64,000 nucleotides of DNA, taken from NCBI GenBank assembly GCA_963745035.1, contig CAVUVW010000002.1:32001-96000 (forward strand), written 5' to 3'. A program made the translations under genes and the position numbers. Under the pieces are notes generated by a model. That model saw nothing but the letters and a program-made list of their open reading frames with translations, did no database searches and had not been told where the DNA came from. The DNA is from an uncultured delta proteobacterium. GTDB lineage: Bacteria > Desulfobacterota > Binatia > UBA9968. This document shows, one piece after another, positions 63,347 through 64,000 of this stretch (its first letter is position 1; each line of letters starts with the position of its first letter).

Positions 63347-63922
63347 TCACTCACCGCCGGCGTATAGTTCGATCTGTTTCTCTTCCAGCCGTTGTTTTTC
63401 GGCATCGTCCATAATGTAGACGCCGTTTACCGCATCAATTTTCGACGGTTCATAGAAATTTTTGGAAAGCTCCGCCCCTTCATCGAATTCATACATCTTA
63501 ATGGCATCCCACGGACAGATTTTCTTATCAAGCCGATCGTCGGATTCCGTGCCGATCAGCTCAAGCTGAAATTTCTTCGGCAACTTGTTTTCTTCGATCG
63601 GCCTTTTGGAGCCGTCGTAATATCTGCCGGCATACTCGCGGTATATTTCGCCGGTTTCCTTGTGCCGATGGATCTTCGTTAAGTCATCGCTGAAACACAT
63701 TTGGCAACCGATGCATTTGTCGTTGTCGACCCAGACCCGATAGGGCTTCAGCCCGCCGGCCGGAGTTGCCTCGTAGAGCAAGTTAATGCAGTTTTCTACC
63801 GGACAGTGCAGCTCGCACAACGGCGACCCGGCGCAGCTACTGCAGTTCTCGTCCATGACGGCGAGCAGCGCGGTGCCTTTGCGTTTCTTTTTCTCGTCGG
63901 GTTGTGTCGTCGCCTCTGGCAT
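63347..63922 (-). CDS. 4Fe-4S dicluster ferredoxin-like protein with a large insertion
   Basis: CSSCAGSPLCELHCP and CIGCQMC...(long insert)...ICPWDAI. Confidence 0.7.
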   Translation of the reverse strand: MPEATTQPDEKKKRKGTALLAVMDENCSSCAGSPLCELHCPVENCINLLYEATPAGGLKPYRVWVDNDKCIGCQMCFSDDLTKIHRHKETGEIYREYAGRYYDGSKRPIEENKLPKKFQLELIGTESDDRLDKKICPWDAIKMYEFDEGAELSKNFYEPSKIDAVNGVYIMDDAEKQRLEEKQIELYAGGE

Positions 63923-64000
63923 AGTTTCTCCGCTGGTCGTAAACGTTCAGCAATCTCAAGCGCTAAATGACGTGCCGCACCCGCATGTCCCCTTGACGTT

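Overview
GC-rich bacterial chromosome segment. Gene content (about 11 orphan solute-binding proteins, orphan xanthine-dehydrogenase-family Mo subunits, ThDP enzymes, amidohydrolase, VOC proteins, many short palindromic and periodic intergenic repeats) suggests a Candidatus Binatia / deltaproteobacterial-type genome; this is inference only. Many genes carry single-base indels typical of unpolished long-read assembly. Main blocks: (i) catabolic and uptake genes at 0.1-26.9 kb, including an IS110-family (IS1111-type) element whose ends, junction promoter, target site and candidate bridge-RNA guides can be read from the sequence; (ii) an AT-richer accessory island at about 26.9-33.1 kb with an 83-bp direct repeat, an IS4 inserted in a terminator, and a module bounded by 22-bp inverted repeats that carries PF04392-type binding-protein genes and a methyltransferase; (iii) a complete alternative complex III plus caa3 (A2-type) oxidase operon and NDH-2 at 33.2-48.2 kb; (iv) an ECF sigma/anti-sigma plus MacAB-TolC-type efflux locus sharing one promoter motif; (v) an orphan NuoI-like gene and an unusual ferredoxin. 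Best leads: the IS1111 bridge RNA aimed at a genomic palindromic repeat, the inverted-repeat-bounded PF04392 module, GxxExxY and four-helix-bundle genes sitting between inverted periodic repeat arrays (with gene-less copies for the GxxExxY type), and an in-frame TGA plus SECIS-like hairpin in a CoA-binding protein. No rRNA, tRNA or CRISPR array was seen.
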